Source: a virus
Lineage: Duplodnaviria; Caudoviricetes
Virus record (IMG/VR): IMGVR_UViG_3300042360_000496
Coordinates: 1 to 61,843 of that record
Length of the DNA: 61,843 nucleotides
Direction: 5' to 3' (one strand)
This document shows, in pieces, positions 1-9,271 of this stretch (positions are counted from its first letter, which is position 1; each line of letters begins with the position of its first letter). Under the pieces are notes generated by a model. The model worked only from the letters and a program-made list of their open reading frames with translations, made no database searches and had not been told where the DNA came from. Made by a program: the position numbers and the translations under genes.

Positions 1-226
1 ACCCTAAATACCTAATATATTAGGTTAATTATAATTAATAAATATTAGTAGTAAAAATAACTTAAATAGGGTATAATACCCGCTTTAAAATTAATACGTA
101 TTAATTTTAAAGCGGGTATTATACCCTAAATACCTAATATATTAGGTTAATTATAATTAATAAATATTAGTAGTAAAAATAACTTAAATAGGGTATAATT
201 ACCCGCTTTAAAATTAATACGTATTA
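1..226. repeat. Direct repeat of ~104 bp (1-104 and 123-226, one 1-nt indel)
   Basis: accctaaatacctaatatattagg...cccgctttaaaattaatacgtattaa recurs with a 122-nt offset; may partly reflect contig-end assembly. Confidence 0.9.
67..128. repeat. Perfect 62-bp palindrome centred on TACGTA
   Basis: Checked base by base; symmetry axis between 97 and 98. Confidence 0.95.
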
Positions 227-267
227 ACTAACCTAAGTTATATTAAATATATTTTATTTAAAAACCC

Positions 268-296
268 TTTACTAAGCTAATAGCTTAGGGTATACT
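268..296 (+). promoter_or_regulatory. Sigma70-like promoter TTTACT-N17-TATACT with CTAA-N4-TTAG palindrome in the spacer
   Basis: -35 at 268-273, -10 at 291-296, palindrome at 277-288, upstream of ORF 375. Confidence 0.75.
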
Positions 297-374
297 TTAT
301 ATATAAAGGTTAAGGCGGTAACTAAAGCCCCCGTAACTTTTTAAAATAATAACTAAGAAATGGAGAAATACGTA

Positions 375-548
375 ATGTCAAATGAACTAAACGCTAGACG
401 CGCAGATATGACCGATGATACTACTTTACTTATTGAAAAGCTAGAAAAGCGTAAATTTGAACTACTAGCCCAAATAAACGCGGCTGAGCTTGAAATAGGG
501 AGTATTAACGGAGTAATAAGAACCCTTAAGACAAGTTTATTATTATAA
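375..548 (+). CDS. Small coiled-coil early protein
   Basis: ORF track 360..548; the 360 ATG lies inside the GAAATGGAGAA Shine-Dalgarno motif, so 375 is preferred. Confidence 0.7.
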   Translation: MSNELNARRADMTDDTTLLIEKLEKRKFELLAQINAAELEIGSINGVIRTLKTSLLL

Positions 549-556
549 TCCTGAGT

Positions 557-596
557 AAAATACGGTAGCTACTAATACGTTAGCTACCGTATTTTT
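557..596 (+). terminator. Intrinsic terminator, 15-bp stem, possibly bidirectional
   Basis: aaaatacggtagcta / tagctaccgtatttt followed by T-rich sequence, just after the ORF stop. Confidence 0.8.
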
Positions 597-1332
597 TATT
601 ATTTTAATAGCGATTTACCTATTTAATTAAAAATTAAAGGGTTTAAGTACAACCCGAGTCGTTTTTGAGTCAATTGTTAAGACGACTATAGTCGGTTTTA
701 AACGATTTACGGAGTAAATACATGATTATGACTCAAAAACTTGGGTTGTTTTAGAAAAATCGCTGTGCAGCTGTGTGTGCATGGGTATATTTAATATAAA
801 CTACTAATTAAATATATATATTTTATTTAATATTTACTAGTTTACTATTCTAAGAAGGTAATAGGTCCCGAGTGAGGGGTCTTAACCTTGGGCTTAAAAA
901 CGACTCTGCGGACGACGGCTGGACGCTTATAAAATCGGCTTAGTATACTATGTTAATGCGTAAAGCGTATTTACGTATTAACAAAACGTTAATCTAAAAT
1001 GGGTCTATAAAAGTTACTATAAGCTGCACCTATGTATTTCGCTTTAGTCCAATAACCTAAACATAATATTAATCATATTTAATAATCCGTTTATTAAGTT
1101 AAAGTTAAGGAAAACCGCTATATTTTCTTTAACTATACCTTAATAAAAGCCCCCTTTTAAGCCTAAAATTCACTATATACGTATTAACGTTGTGCTAATA
1201 TTAAGATAACTCGTATATAGCTATACGTATACACTCACCTTTAAGGTTAGGTTAACGAGACTATACGTATTACTCAGTAAATACTAATAATAAATACGTA
1301 AAGCCCTTTACTAAATAAGGTATATACTAGTT

Positions 1333-1730
1333 CGGTATACGGTATACGCTATACGGTATACCGTATACCGTATAGGCTAACTAGTATATACTAATAACCT
1401 ATACCGTATTACGTATATAGGTATACTATACCGTATTACGTATATAGGTATACTATACCGTATTACGTATATAGGTATACTATACCGTATATACGCTATA
1501 CGGTATACTATAACGTATATACGCTATACGGTATACTATAACGTATATACTAGTATACTATAACGTATATACGCTATACGGTATACTATAACGTATATAC
1601 TAGTATACTATAACGTATATACGCTATACGGTATACTATAACGTATATACGCTATACGGTATAGGTTAACTAGTATATACGGGAGGTAATAGGTATATAC
1701 GCTATACGGTATAGGTTAATAGGTATATAC
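1333..1730. repeat. Tandem array of TATACG/GTATAC-rich units (3 x 27 bp at 1399-1479, then interleaved 28- and 22-bp units)
   Basis: ctataccgtattacgtatataggtata x3; repeated cgtatatacgctatacggtatactataa and cgtatatactagtatactataa. Confidence 0.9.
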
Positions 1731-2019
1731 CTCCTACCCCTTAAAATGCGTATTTACTGAGGGGCTCACGTACAAACTCACCCTCTCCATACTTTTTTCT
1801 CGAAACATTCCGTAAATACGTCTTTTATTTTTATGTCTTACCAGAACAAAAATCCCCTCAAAACAAACGAATATTTTCGAAAGACCTCAAAAACAAATCC
1901 ACCCGAAAACCCATATTCCCTGCAAAAATTTCCAGCAAAAATCCCGAAAACCTCAGTATTTACGTAATACTTCCCTCATTAATTAGGTATATTTAATGTA
2001 AACAACGCACTTTCCCTTT

Positions 2020-2793
2020 ATGGATATAGACACCTCTCCAATACCTATAATCGAAGCCTCAAACACCTCTTCTTACGAGCAATACTCATCAATCTCACCT
2101 CTGGAGGAAGATCAAGAAGATTCTTCGTCTTCTTGGACTAATGAGTCTGAAGATAATAGTGGAAACCTCGATAATAGTGGAAACGTCATATACAACAATT
2201 CTACACTTATACCCATCCGACAACTTTCGAAGACCAACAGCGGTCTGCTAGTTGACCTTGCTACAAAAACTGTTACAAATACCTTAAATGGGTTCGTCAT
2301 AGATTATTCCGATTGGGACTTTACGTCCTTATGGGCAAAGAAAGCTGCTTTACAGAGAAATCCTAGAGCGTTCAAGAAAATAGAGCCATTGAAAATTGCC
2401 AAGATCATCGCTCTGATTAGCAATACTGGGCTTCAACACTTCGCTGCTTCGATGTTGAATGAGAATTGGCCATACATCGACAAGAATTATATTCAGACGA
2501 TGCCGAAGCTTGAAGAATGGCTCAATTTCGCACAAGATTGCTTCTCTGATACTTTAGAGGGGGAAGTTATCAGAAGAGCTTTTGTTGGGGTGAAGGTTCC
2601 TGTGTTTTTCCAGGGAATACAATGTGGAGAAGAAACAAGATATTCGGATTCTCTTGCACTTGCCGTCCTGAAGAAGAGGAGACAGGAATATCGCGAAGGG
2701 AAGACCGAAGGAGCTGCCAAGGAATCTGGTGGAGTTCTAGTTGTCAATCAAACATCGAATTCGAATGATGAATGGGAGAGGTTGACGGAATGA
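2020..2793 (+). CDS. terS: Terminase small subunit with acidic low-complexity N-terminal extension
   Basis: Immediately upstream of TerL; C-terminal LEGEVIRRAFVG..PVFFQG..G...YSDSL pattern typical of this TerS type. Confidence 0.75.
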   Translation: MDIDTSPIPIIEASNTSSYEQYSSISPLEEDQEDSSSSWTNESEDNSGNLDNSGNVIYNNSTLIPIRQLSKTNSGLLVDLATKTVTNTLNGFVIDYSDWDFTSLWAKKAALQRNPRAFKKIEPLKIAKIIALISNTGLQHFAASMLNENWPYIDKNYIQTMPKLEEWLNFAQDCFSDTLEGEVIRRAFVGVKVPVFFQGIQCGEETRYSDSLALAVLKKRRQEYREGKTEGAAKESGGVLVVNQTSNSNDEWERLTE

Positions 2794-4340
2794 ACATGAC
2801 GTCAACCTCTAGCATATCCCCTCCCGTCAACAAAATCCGATGGGAAAGTCGAGACGATACTCTCAAGGCAGTTTACACGAATCCTGAGGATGCTAACGAA
2901 GTTGAAGCAACATGGGCTCCTCAAGATGGATCTCAAGATTTGTTTCTCAGATGTCCTGTGTTTGAAGTTTTATTCACGGGAACTCGTGGACCTGGAAAAA
3001 CAGATGCTCTTCTTATGGACTTCGCGAAGAACGTGGGAAAAGGTTACAAAGAAGAATGGCGTGGGATTCTTTTTCGGAGGACTTATCCGGAACTTTCAGA
3101 TGTTATAGATAAATCAAAGAAATGGTTCAGTAAGATTTTCCCACGAGCTAAGTTCAATGAGTCGAAGAATTTCTGGTTGTTTCCTGATGGAGAGAAGCTT
3201 TTCTTCCGACATTTTGAACGTCCTGCTGATTATTACAGTTATCACGGACATGCGTATCCTTGGATAGCTTGGGAAGAGTTGACAACGTGGCCAGATGATA
3301 AATGCTACAAGTCTATGATGTCTTGTGCGAGATCGACTATTGTTGGTGTACCCATCACTGTCAGAGCAACAACGAATCCTTATGGTATTGGGCACAACTG
3401 GGTGAAGTCAAGATTTAGGCTTCCTGTTCCTCCGAATAAGAAAGTTGGGAAGATAATATATGATTCTGTCGATCAAGATGACAAACCAGAACCACCAAGA
3501 GTTGCTATCCATGGAGATTTGAATGAAAACAAGATTCTCCTACACTCCAATCCAGACTACATAGACCGAATTAGAGCTTCTGCTAGAAATAACTCAGAAC
3601 TTCAAGCTTGGTTGTATGGATCGTGGGATATTGTCGCTGGAGGGATGTTCGATGATATTTGGTGCGACTATAGAGATAAGATAATTGTTCCACGATTTGA
3701 AATCCCAAAAACATGGAGAATCGACAGATCTTTTGACTGGGGGAGCTCAAAACCTTTCTCTGTTGGTTGGTGGGCTGTCAGTGATGGTGGTGATGTTCTT
3801 CTGCCCAATAATAAGGTGATGTCCACGATGAAAGGTGACCTCTTCCGTATAAATGAATGGTATGGGTGGTCTGGGACTCCGAATGAGGGGACTAAAATGT
3901 TGGTAGATGAAATTGCTAAGGGGATATTGAAAAGAGAGAAATCGTGGGGCATGGATAAAGGTAGAGTCGTTGCTGGACCTGCAGATAGTTCAATATTTGA
4001 CGAAGAGAATGGAAATTGTATTGCTACAGATTTTCAAAATCTTGGAATATATTGGGAGAAAGCTGACAAGAAGCCAGGATCCAGGAAACAAGGTTGGGAA
4101 CAAGTTAGGAAAAGACTTAAAGCCACATATAACAATGGAGCTCCTAGAGAAGAAGCAGGACTGTTTATCTTTGATCATTGCACTCAATGGACGAGAACAG
4201 TTCCTTGTCTACCGAGAGACGACAAAGATATTGATGATGTTGATACAGAAGCTGAAGATCACATCGGTGATGACACGAGATATAGGGTTAGATTCGAATC
4301 CAGAGAGATAATCCAAAGCAAGTCGATAGGGATGTTCTAA
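2790..4340 (+). CDS. terL: Terminase large subunit
   Basis: Walker A GTRGPGKT, Walker B WEELT, coupling motif ATTNP, RNase H-like FDWGSSKP and EDHIGD; ATGA overlap with terS (track start 2772). Confidence 0.95.
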   Translation: MNMTSTSSISPPVNKIRWESRDDTLKAVYTNPEDANEVEATWAPQDGSQDLFLRCPVFEVLFTGTRGPGKTDALLMDFAKNVGKGYKEEWRGILFRRTYPELSDVIDKSKKWFSKIFPRAKFNESKNFWLFPDGEKLFFRHFERPADYYSYHGHAYPWIAWEELTTWPDDKCYKSMMSCARSTIVGVPITVRATTNPYGIGHNWVKSRFRLPVPPNKKVGKIIYDSVDQDDKPEPPRVAIHGDLNENKILLHSNPDYIDRIRASARNNSELQAWLYGSWDIVAGGMFDDIWCDYRDKIIVPRFEIPKTWRIDRSFDWGSSKPFSVGWWAVSDGGDVLLPNNKVMSTMKGDLFRINEWYGWSGTPNEGTKMLVDEIAKGILKREKSWGMDKGRVVAGPADSSIFDEENGNCIATDFQNLGIYWEKADKKPGSRKQGWEQVRKRLKATYNNGAPREEAGLFIFDHCTQWTRTVPCLPRDDKDIDDVDTEAEDHIGDDTRYRVRFESREIIQSKSIGMF

Positions 4341-4436
4341 ACAAAGTATTTAAAAATACGTCGTTTGGCTTAGTTATAAACAACGAAATTAAACCGATAA
4401 CTAATTTGTGAAAACTAACTAAAAAGGAAAATTAAA

Positions 4437-4706
4437 ATGGAAACTTTAACTGTAGATCAAAAAATCCAAGAAACAAAAGAAGTTTACGTGGCTCTTTCTC
4501 AACTTAGAGAAGCATATCTCCAAGTCGAAGAAAGCATGACTGTTACTTACACAAAATTATTAGAATTAATAGAGTTAAGATCAAAAGCTGGAGATTTGGA
4601 TGAATTGTTCCTTAAACCCGATAAAAAGATTGTTTCTCGCAATATATCAGTGGTACGAAAGAAAAAAGCACGAACCACAAACAGTAACAGACAAGCAACT
4701 AATTAA
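4437..4706 (+). CDS. Hypothetical protein
   Basis: ORF with AAGGA RBS. Confidence 0.65.
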   Translation: METLTVDQKIQETKEVYVALSQLREAYLQVEESMTVTYTKLLELIELRSKAGDLDELFLKPDKKIVSRNISVVRKKKARTTNSNRQATN

Positions 4707-4866
4707 GGAAATATTTAAGTTCTTAGCCTCGAAAGACGAGGGTAGTATAGAACTGTCTTTAAGGGCATATGATCATTGTAAAAAAGAAACAGAAAAGGAG
4801 AAATCTCATGCCGCTTTATCAGATCATGGTGGTTCTCTATTCGTTGATCCTCACCTTGGGCACTAA
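4600..4866 (+). CDS. Hypothetical protein
   Basis: ORF overlapping the previous one; fills the gap before portal. Confidence 0.45.
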   Translation: MNCSLNPIKRLFLAIYQWYERKKHEPQTVTDKQLIKEIFKFLASKDEGSIELSLRAYDHCKKETEKEKSHAALSDHGGSLFVDPHLGH

Positions 4867-4918
4867 AATAATGTGGATGTCCAATTAAATAATTGTAACA
4901 GCCAGTTATAATTATTTC

Positions 4919-6271
4919 ATGGCAGTTTCAACCACACATCCACAGTACGGCTTAAAATTAAACGATTGGCTTCAAATGCAACACACTTATGAAGGTGAGC
5001 AAGAAGTCAAACGTCAAAGAACTTTATATCTCCCAGCGACATCTGGTATGATCGCTGATGGGATGGCCAGTAGCTCAGAATTAGGGTATAAAGCATATTC
5101 TTCCTACCTAACTAGAGCTGTATTTCCAGACATGGTTAAACAAGCCGTGGACGCGATGGTTGGTTTGATGCACAAAAAACCACCATTGATAAAACTCCCA
5201 GACAAATTGAAACCTCTATTAAAATCTTGTACTCTTCAGGGAGAATCTCTTCCAATGCTTCTTAGAAGGATAAATGAGGGACAACTTATTTATGGAAGGT
5301 ATGGTCTTTTGGTTGAAGTCCCAGATGGAAGTGGACCAAATGTTCTTCCGTATCTCGCTCCTTATGATGCCCAATCAATGACGAATTGGGATGATTATGG
5401 TAAGTTTGTAATATTGAGAGAAAAGAAGAATGAACCTGCAGCAGACTTCTCCTGGAAAGAAGAAATAAAGTACAGAGTTTGTGTCTTTAGAGATAACATC
5501 TACATGGTTCAGACTGTTGGAGGAGATGGAGTAAATGAAACTGTATTCGATGACAAATTAGCTCTTAAACCAGCAATCGCAGGAAACGAATTTAAACAAC
5601 TTCCATTTGTTTTTATAAATACAAACGATCTCGTTCCAGACGTAGATGACATTCCTTTGCTTGGAGTCAGCAATCTTTCATTGACGATCTATCGTTTGCA
5701 AGCTGATTATAGACAAACTTTGTTCCAACAAGGACAAGAAACTTTGGTCATTATAGGAGCTTCACAAGAAGCTGGAAAAGAAAGAAGAATTGGTGCTAAT
5801 GCTGTAATAGAGCTTCCAAAAGATTGTGATGCTAAATACGTTGGTGTTTCTGCCCAAGCATTGGGTGAAATGAGAGAAGCTCTCAAAGAGGATATGCAAA
5901 GAGCTGCAGAAATGGGTGCGAAGATAATTGATACAACTTCAACCCAACAATCTGGAGAAGCTCTTAGAATAAGGATGGCCAGTAAGACGGCAACTTTAAC
6001 AAGTATTGCTAAGACTGCTGCAGAAGGTCTACAACAAGCTTTAAGATATTGTGCCGAGATAGTTGGTGCTAATCCTGAAGAAGTAGTCGTCGAAGCTGAC
6101 ACAGACTTCGCTGAACAACCAGTAACAGGTCAAGAGTTGCTCCTGTTCACTAATGCCAAACTTGCTGGTGCTCCTATCTCTTGGGAGTCTATTCATAGAA
6201 TACTCAAACAGAGAGACCTAACAGAATACAGCTATGAAGAAGAAAAGGCACTAATTGACGCAGAAATTTAA
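4919..6271 (+). CDS. Portal protein (DUF4055-type)
   Basis: Position after TerL; HPQY, YLP, Y..YLTRA, SGEALRIR motifs. Confidence 0.9.
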   Translation: MAVSTTHPQYGLKLNDWLQMQHTYEGEQEVKRQRTLYLPATSGMIADGMASSSELGYKAYSSYLTRAVFPDMVKQAVDAMVGLMHKKPPLIKLPDKLKPLLKSCTLQGESLPMLLRRINEGQLIYGRYGLLVEVPDGSGPNVLPYLAPYDAQSMTNWDDYGKFVILREKKNEPAADFSWKEEIKYRVCVFRDNIYMVQTVGGDGVNETVFDDKLALKPAIAGNEFKQLPFVFINTNDLVPDVDDIPLLGVSNLSLTIYRLQADYRQTLFQQGQETLVIIGASQEAGKERRIGANAVIELPKDCDAKYVGVSAQALGEMREALKEDMQRAAEMGAKIIDTTSTQQSGEALRIRMASKTATLTSIAKTAAEGLQQALRYCAEIVGANPEEVVVEADTDFAEQPVTGQELLLFTNAKLAGAPISWESIHRILKQRDLTEYSYEEEKALIDAEI

Positions 6272-6273
6272 TC

Positions 6274-7437
6274 ATGGGAACAACCAATGAAGATATAAGA
6301 AACTTTCTACTCCTCAGACAATTAGATTTACTTAGATACAGTAAGTCTGTGCAGAAGAAGATAATAAAGTTGCTAGAAGAAAGTCAGTCTTACGTTACTG
6401 AATCGATAGAGAAGAAGATTTCTACTCTTGTAGGAAAAGATATCATTTCAACTTACACTCTTGATAGACTTAAAGCTCTGGATAAAGCAATTAAGGATAT
6501 AAGATTCGGCAGTTTTCTTTCAATCGGTAAAGAATTGAAATCTTCTCTTTATGAATTAGCGAAGGAAGAACTCAAACATAGCTTGGATCTTGTTAACGGA
6601 AGTGTTCCTGTTGTTCTGGACTTAGTTAACCCAGACTTTGCTAGACTGAGAGCATTGGTCACAGATAACCCTATCCAAGGAAAAGTCTTAAAGGATTGGA
6701 TTCTTAAACTTTCCAGGGATGATTATGGCAGGTTAACAAGCTCTGTTAGACTTGGATTGTCGACTGGACAAACAAATAAAGAAATCCTAAACAATGTAGA
6801 ACTTCTCCTAGAGCTTACCAAGAAGCAAGTAAGTACAATAGTTAGAACTGCGATAATGGACGTTGCTGCCTCTGTGAGAGAGCAACTCTACAATGAAAAT
6901 CAAGAAGTGTTTGAAAAAGAAATATACGTGGCAACTCTAGACGCCAGAACAACAGCGATCTGCAGAGCAAATGACGGTAAAATATTTGAGAAAGGCAAAG
7001 GTCTTATGCCACCAGCTCATTTCAATTGTCGCTCTATAAGAGTTCCCCTACTTACTGAAAAATTAATAGGAGATAGACCTTTCAATCCAACAACTCAAAA
7101 GCAGTTGCTTGCAGAGTATGCTAAACAAAATAATTTAGGTAAAATTACAAACAGGGACGATTTGCCACGTGGTACAAAAAAAGATTTTGATACTTTTGCA
7201 AGGAAACGAGCAAGAGAGTTGATCGGAACTGTACCAGCGTCTACAACCTATGAAGATTTTATAAAAGCTCAGTCTGTTGAGTTTCAAAATGAAGTCCTTG
7301 GGAAGACTAAGGCACAATTATTTAGAAATGGAGGGCTTAAATTGGATCAGTTTGTAGACACTAATGGTAATGAGTTGACCATCTTAGAGCTTTCTGAAAG
7401 GTATAAGGAAGCCTTCAGAAAAGCTGGTTTATTGTAG
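6274..7437 (+). CDS. Minor head/morphogenesis protein (SPP1 gp7/Mu F family)
   Basis: YVATLDARTT..C...DG and PPAHFNCRS motifs. Confidence 0.9.
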   Translation: MGTTNEDIRNFLLLRQLDLLRYSKSVQKKIIKLLEESQSYVTESIEKKISTLVGKDIISTYTLDRLKALDKAIKDIRFGSFLSIGKELKSSLYELAKEELKHSLDLVNGSVPVVLDLVNPDFARLRALVTDNPIQGKVLKDWILKLSRDDYGRLTSSVRLGLSTGQTNKEILNNVELLLELTKKQVSTIVRTAIMDVAASVREQLYNENQEVFEKEIYVATLDARTTAICRANDGKIFEKGKGLMPPAHFNCRSIRVPLLTEKLIGDRPFNPTTQKQLLAEYAKQNNLGKITNRDDLPRGTKKDFDTFARKRARELIGTVPASTTYEDFIKAQSVEFQNEVLGKTKAQLFRNGGLKLDQFVDTNGNELTILELSERYKEAFRKAGLL

Positions 7438-7455
7438 TAGTTAAAAAGGAAAATT

Positions 7456-8259
7456 ATGCTCAAACTAAAATATGATTCGTTAGACCAAGTCCCAGCCAAG
7501 TATTTAGATCTTTATGAGATTAAAGATGGAGTTTATCTATTAACTGGTGTAGAGTTACCACCTTCCAAAGAAGCAGACGTTCAGAGACTTCAAACAGCTC
7601 TCACAAAGGAGAGAAGTGACCACTCTTCAACTAAAGAAAAATTAAAACCATTTGAAAACATCGATCCAGCAACTGTTCAAGCAAGTCTTGATGAGCTTGA
7701 AGAATTAAGAATAAAAGTTGACGGATTAAAAGACACCGATGTTGAAGGTAAAGTCCAGAAGCTTGTGGACTCTAAAGTTGAAAGAATTAAAGCAACTTAC
7801 GAAAGAGAAAAACAACAACTTACAACAAAGTTATCAACCTATGAACAACAAGTTGCTGACCTCTCTGGAACAATAACAAAAACAAAAATAAATGGAGCTT
7901 TGATGAAAGCTGCCCAAGAAAATAAAATTGTACCAACTGCTATTGAAGATATTCTTCTTCACTCTTCAATGTTTGAAGTCTCAGAGTCTGGTGACATCAT
8001 TTCAAAAGAATCAAAATTGGACGTCAATGTTTGGTTACAAGATATGAAAGATAAAAGACCGCATTGGTGGCCAGCTTCTGTCGGAGGTGGTGCAAGCGGT
8101 TCCAACTCTAATGGAGGAGGATCTAACAATCCTTGGTCTAAGGCTAGCTGGAACTTGACCGAACAAGGTAGAATATTAAAAGAACAAGGTGCCGACAAGG
8201 CAGGTCAATTAGCTAAACTAGCTGGTGTAGACGTCTATGCAAGTAAACCTGCGTCCTAA
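7456..8259 (+). CDS. Head scaffolding protein
   Basis: Coiled coil, RPHWWPASVGGGA, NPW..WNLTEQG; lies upstream of the capsid gene. Confidence 0.85.
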   Translation: MLKLKYDSLDQVPAKYLDLYEIKDGVYLLTGVELPPSKEADVQRLQTALTKERSDHSSTKEKLKPFENIDPATVQASLDELEELRIKVDGLKDTDVEGKVQKLVDSKVERIKATYEREKQQLTTKLSTYEQQVADLSGTITKTKINGALMKAAQENKIVPTAIEDILLHSSMFEVSESGDIISKESKLDVNVWLQDMKDKRPHWWPASVGGGASGSNSNGGGSNNPWSKASWNLTEQGRILKEQGADKAGQLAKLAGVDVYASKPAS

Positions 8260-8857
8260 GTTTTTATTTATTCTTGGTGGAATTTGTCCCACTCCATATG
8301 CTCTGGATGATGTGGTCAAATCAAAATTTGATCAAAGTATCTACGATAAGATTTTAGAAATCGACTATGAACCCTTCTTAGATGAAAGATACGATTGGAT
8401 TCCTTTCTACAAGAGAATGAAACTAGTCGACAAACATGGAGATTGGTGGCAATTCAATTTCAGACCAAAAGCAAGACAAGCCATCCGAGACTATATAACA
8501 TGGACGATCAACAAATTCAAAGAAGATGAGTTTGAGGTTCACGTCCTAGCACATAGTCTCGGTACTTGGGCTTTGCTAGGCTCAGAAGTCCGCATTGAAA
8601 AAGCTTTTTTGTTTGGTTCTCCAATAGGATCTAGATCTTGGATTGTTAGAAATAGTGTGAACTTCGAATTGAAAAATGCTTTCTCAAAATTCTCTTGTAA
8701 AGAGCTTTTCTATGGTTACAATAAACATGATTTTGTAAGTTCAAGAACACCTAATGTTGGTTTTCTACAGAAGTTTACAAAAAGGCTAATATTAAAAGAA
8801 ATAAGTTCTGGTCATGATCTAAAAAATTACTTAGACAAATACAAAGAAGATGGATAG
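8237..8857 (+). CDS. Alpha/beta-hydrolase fold protein
   Basis: Nucleophile elbow AHSLG, FGSP, candidate Asp (HDFV) and His (SGH). Confidence 0.7.
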   Translation: MQVNLRPKFLFILGGICPTPYALDDVVKSKFDQSIYDKILEIDYEPFLDERYDWIPFYKRMKLVDKHGDWWQFNFRPKARQAIRDYITWTINKFKEDEFEVHVLAHSLGTWALLGSEVRIEKAFLFGSPIGSRSWIVRNSVNFELKNAFSKFSCKELFYGYNKHDFVSSRTPNVGFLQKFTKRLILKEISSGHDLKNYLDKYKEDG

Positions 8858-9185
8858 AAATATATTTTACATAATCCTCATTTTGCTTCTGGTTTTATTA
8901 CCAGTTGTGGCATACTCGGATACAATCTTTACACCAGATTTTGGCTATGATTCAACATCCTACAAAGCTCCAGCTCTCTATGGAAGAAAAGACTACTTTA
9001 ACACAGTTGAAAGCATAAATAGAGACCAACTAAATAATAAATCTCTTACATCTTGTATAAACAAGATTTCAACTTGTCACGACAACACTGCTCTGGTTAA
9101 TAAATTAATTGAGGACAATCACTATTTAAAGCTCCAAAATGAAAAATTAATGAATGAACTAATTTATAATAGAACTATTAAATAA
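8850..9185 (+). CDS. Secreted or membrane-anchored coiled-coil protein
   Basis: Hydrophobic N-terminus ending AYS; C-terminal coiled coil. Confidence 0.65.
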   Translation: MDRNIFYIILILLLVLLPVVAYSDTIFTPDFGYDSTSYKAPALYGRKDYFNTVESINRDQLNNKSLTSCINKISTCHDNTALVNKLIEDNHYLKLQNEKLMNELIYNRTIK

Positions 9186-9236
9186 TGTTGGTTGCATGGG
9201 CAACTAACCAACATGTGTTGGTTGATGAGCGTTATT
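9181..9236 (+). promoter_or_regulatory. Structured 5' leader of the capsid gene (two hairpins within a closing stem)
   Basis: gttgc-atgg-gcaac and aaccaac-atgt-gttggtt, closed by aataatg/cgttatt. Confidence 0.5.
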
Positions 9237-9271
9237 GAAAGATAAATTCCTTATTAACTACAAAAACAAAA

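Noticed and set aside
67-128. Protelomerase (N15-like linear plasmid prophage) system
   Set aside because: No tyrosine-recombinase-like protelomerase or ParA/SopA was recognised; the palindrome is reported without this assignment
1333-1730. CRISPR array
   Set aside because: Units are contiguous with no unique spacers, and there is no cas operon
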